Below, one piece after another: positions 62,701-64,000 of a stretch of 64,000 bases of DNA; position 1 is the stretch's first letter, and the number at the start of each line of letters is the position of its first letter. Below the pieces are notes generated by a model that was not told where the DNA came from, made no database searches, and saw only the letters and a list, made by a program, of their open reading frames with translations. The position numbers and the translations under genes were made by a program. Origin of the DNA: Takakia lepidozioides (Eukaryota; Plantae; Bryophyta); NCBI GenBank assembly GCA_030704615.1, contig CM060731.1, forward strand, positions 41,168,001 to 41,232,000, in the 5' to 3' direction.

Positions 62701-63817
62701 GATTTGATGCTAGAAGGTAGCTGTGTAGTAGAAAATGTTGTGCTCTAGAAATTGCGGAGTCAAATGTTAGCAGAATCCTGTTAGCTTACTTACACGAGTT
62801 GCTTTTGTTTTAAGTATTATTGTTTGATGCAGCCACTTTCATTGATGGGCAGCCCATTGTGAATCTGCCTCCAAGGATAGTAAAGCTAAAGCAGGCTGAG
62901 TTCAGTATGGAAGAACGCTCATTTTATACAAGTCTTGAGACAGAGATGCGCAAACAGTTTCAGGTGCACTTTCTTCTCCAGCTTAAGTGCTACTTGAATC
63001 TTTAGTCTTGAAGGATGTTGACTGCTTGTCATATGGTTGTCATATCTTACAGATTTGTGGGAATCTATAGAACTTTGACCAGGCTGTGATGATTGACCAA
63101 TCATGCAAACTGGAAGTCCAGAGTTTGAGTAATGAAGTACCACTGAAGTTATGTGCGTTACGCTGGACTATGGGAGCTTTTCATGTAGTTCAGTGAGTGT
63201 TAGTGTCAAATCCCTACAGGTTTGTGGGAATCCATAGAACTTTGACCAGGCTGTGATGATTGACCTATTGTGCAAACTGAAGTCCAGAGTTTGAGTAATG
63301 AAGTATCACTGAAGTTATGTGTGTTATGCCGGCCTATGTGAGCTTTTCATGTCTTATACTTCAGTGAATGTCAGTGTCGAAGCCATTTGGGGTGCAAATA
63401 ATTTGGATTCGATATTATGAATCTTAAAATAAGGGTTCACAGTAGTTTTGTTTTGGTAAGTCAAGCTACAAACCTATATAGTCATCTTTGCCAGGGTTTC
63501 AAGAATGGACTAGTTGCTTTTATTTTTTGTCAGAAGCTGATTTGGTGTTCAAGTCACTCAAGTTGATGAGAAACCATGGGTGGCAAATGCAGATTTATGC
63601 GGCGGCCGGGACGGTGCAAAGCAATTATGTGAACATTCTCTGGATGTTGTTGCGGCTGCGACAGGCATGTGATCACCCAATGCTTGTAAAGATGGGCCGA
63701 AAGGCACAGGCAGCCCACAAGACTGCTCTTGACTCTGCCCGTAGTTTGCCTGGGGCGCAACGTCTTCAGTTGATTATGAGTTTGGATGACAACAGGGCGA
63801 TCTGCCCCATCTGCCAG
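59771..63817 (+). CDS. SNF2 Rad5/16-like RING helicase (CHR28/FRG-like), 3'-truncated by the window; exons 59771-59933, 60116-60975, 61148-61225, 61402-61479, 61626-62559, 62833-62963, 63593-63817
   Basis: PLLKHQRIALAWM, GGILADDQGLGKT (motif I), GTLVVCPTSV, VVLDEAQ (motif II), CLSGTPIQN, LRRTK, LLRLRQACDHP, and the RING start CPIC. The start codon is uncertain. Confidence 0.9.
63049..63380. repeat. Intronic tandem duplication, 2 x ~167 bp
   Basis: ACAGRTTTGTGGGAATCYATAGAACTTTGACCAGGCTGTGATGATTGACC starts at about 63049 and 63216. Confidence 0.9.
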
Positions 63818-64000
63818 GTATTCTACTTCACCCTCCTTCCTTCCATTGCTCATCCTCATGGACTTCTAAGTTTGCTCTTGTTACTTTCGTAGTCACCACA
63901 GTAGTTGATCTTTTTGAAACTGAAGGTATTTAAGCCGCCACCTACTACACTGTCAGAGCTCTTGATAAGGGCAAGAGTAGTAGCTAAGAGATTGTGAATG

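Overview
Eukaryotic nuclear DNA from a land plant, most likely a non-seed plant such as a moss or lycophyte. This is inferred from GT-AG spliced plant genes, a PLS-class PPR gene and a Tcn1/Tf1-type chromovirus. Genes reconstructed by hand: TraB-domain protein (9 exons), intronless F-box protein, 2-oxoglutarate dioxygenase with a premature TAG, NOL/NYC1-like SDR with HxxxK in place of YxxxK, FHA-domain protein, CSLC glucan synthase, PLS-E PPR protein, an orphan FLDH-like exon, and a SNF2/RING helicase that runs off the right edge. Mobile and repeat DNA: a hairpin satellite at the left edge, a LINE ORF1 remnant, a tRNA-derived SINE with a 15-bp TSD, a Copia RT remnant, minisatellites, a degenerate DNA-transposon-like block, and an internally deleted chromovirus (32996-36490) with both LTRs and a GTCAC TSD. 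The most notable observations are: (i) the chromovirus PBS is complementary to its own predicted transcript start, as in Tf1 self-priming; (ii) the element interrupts an unknown gene with REase/Crinkler-like motifs; (iii) an in-phase splice could fuse the FLDH exon to the ATG-less PPR ORF; (iv) a stranded DNA polymerase alpha exon. All identifications come from motif recognition by eye; no searches were run.
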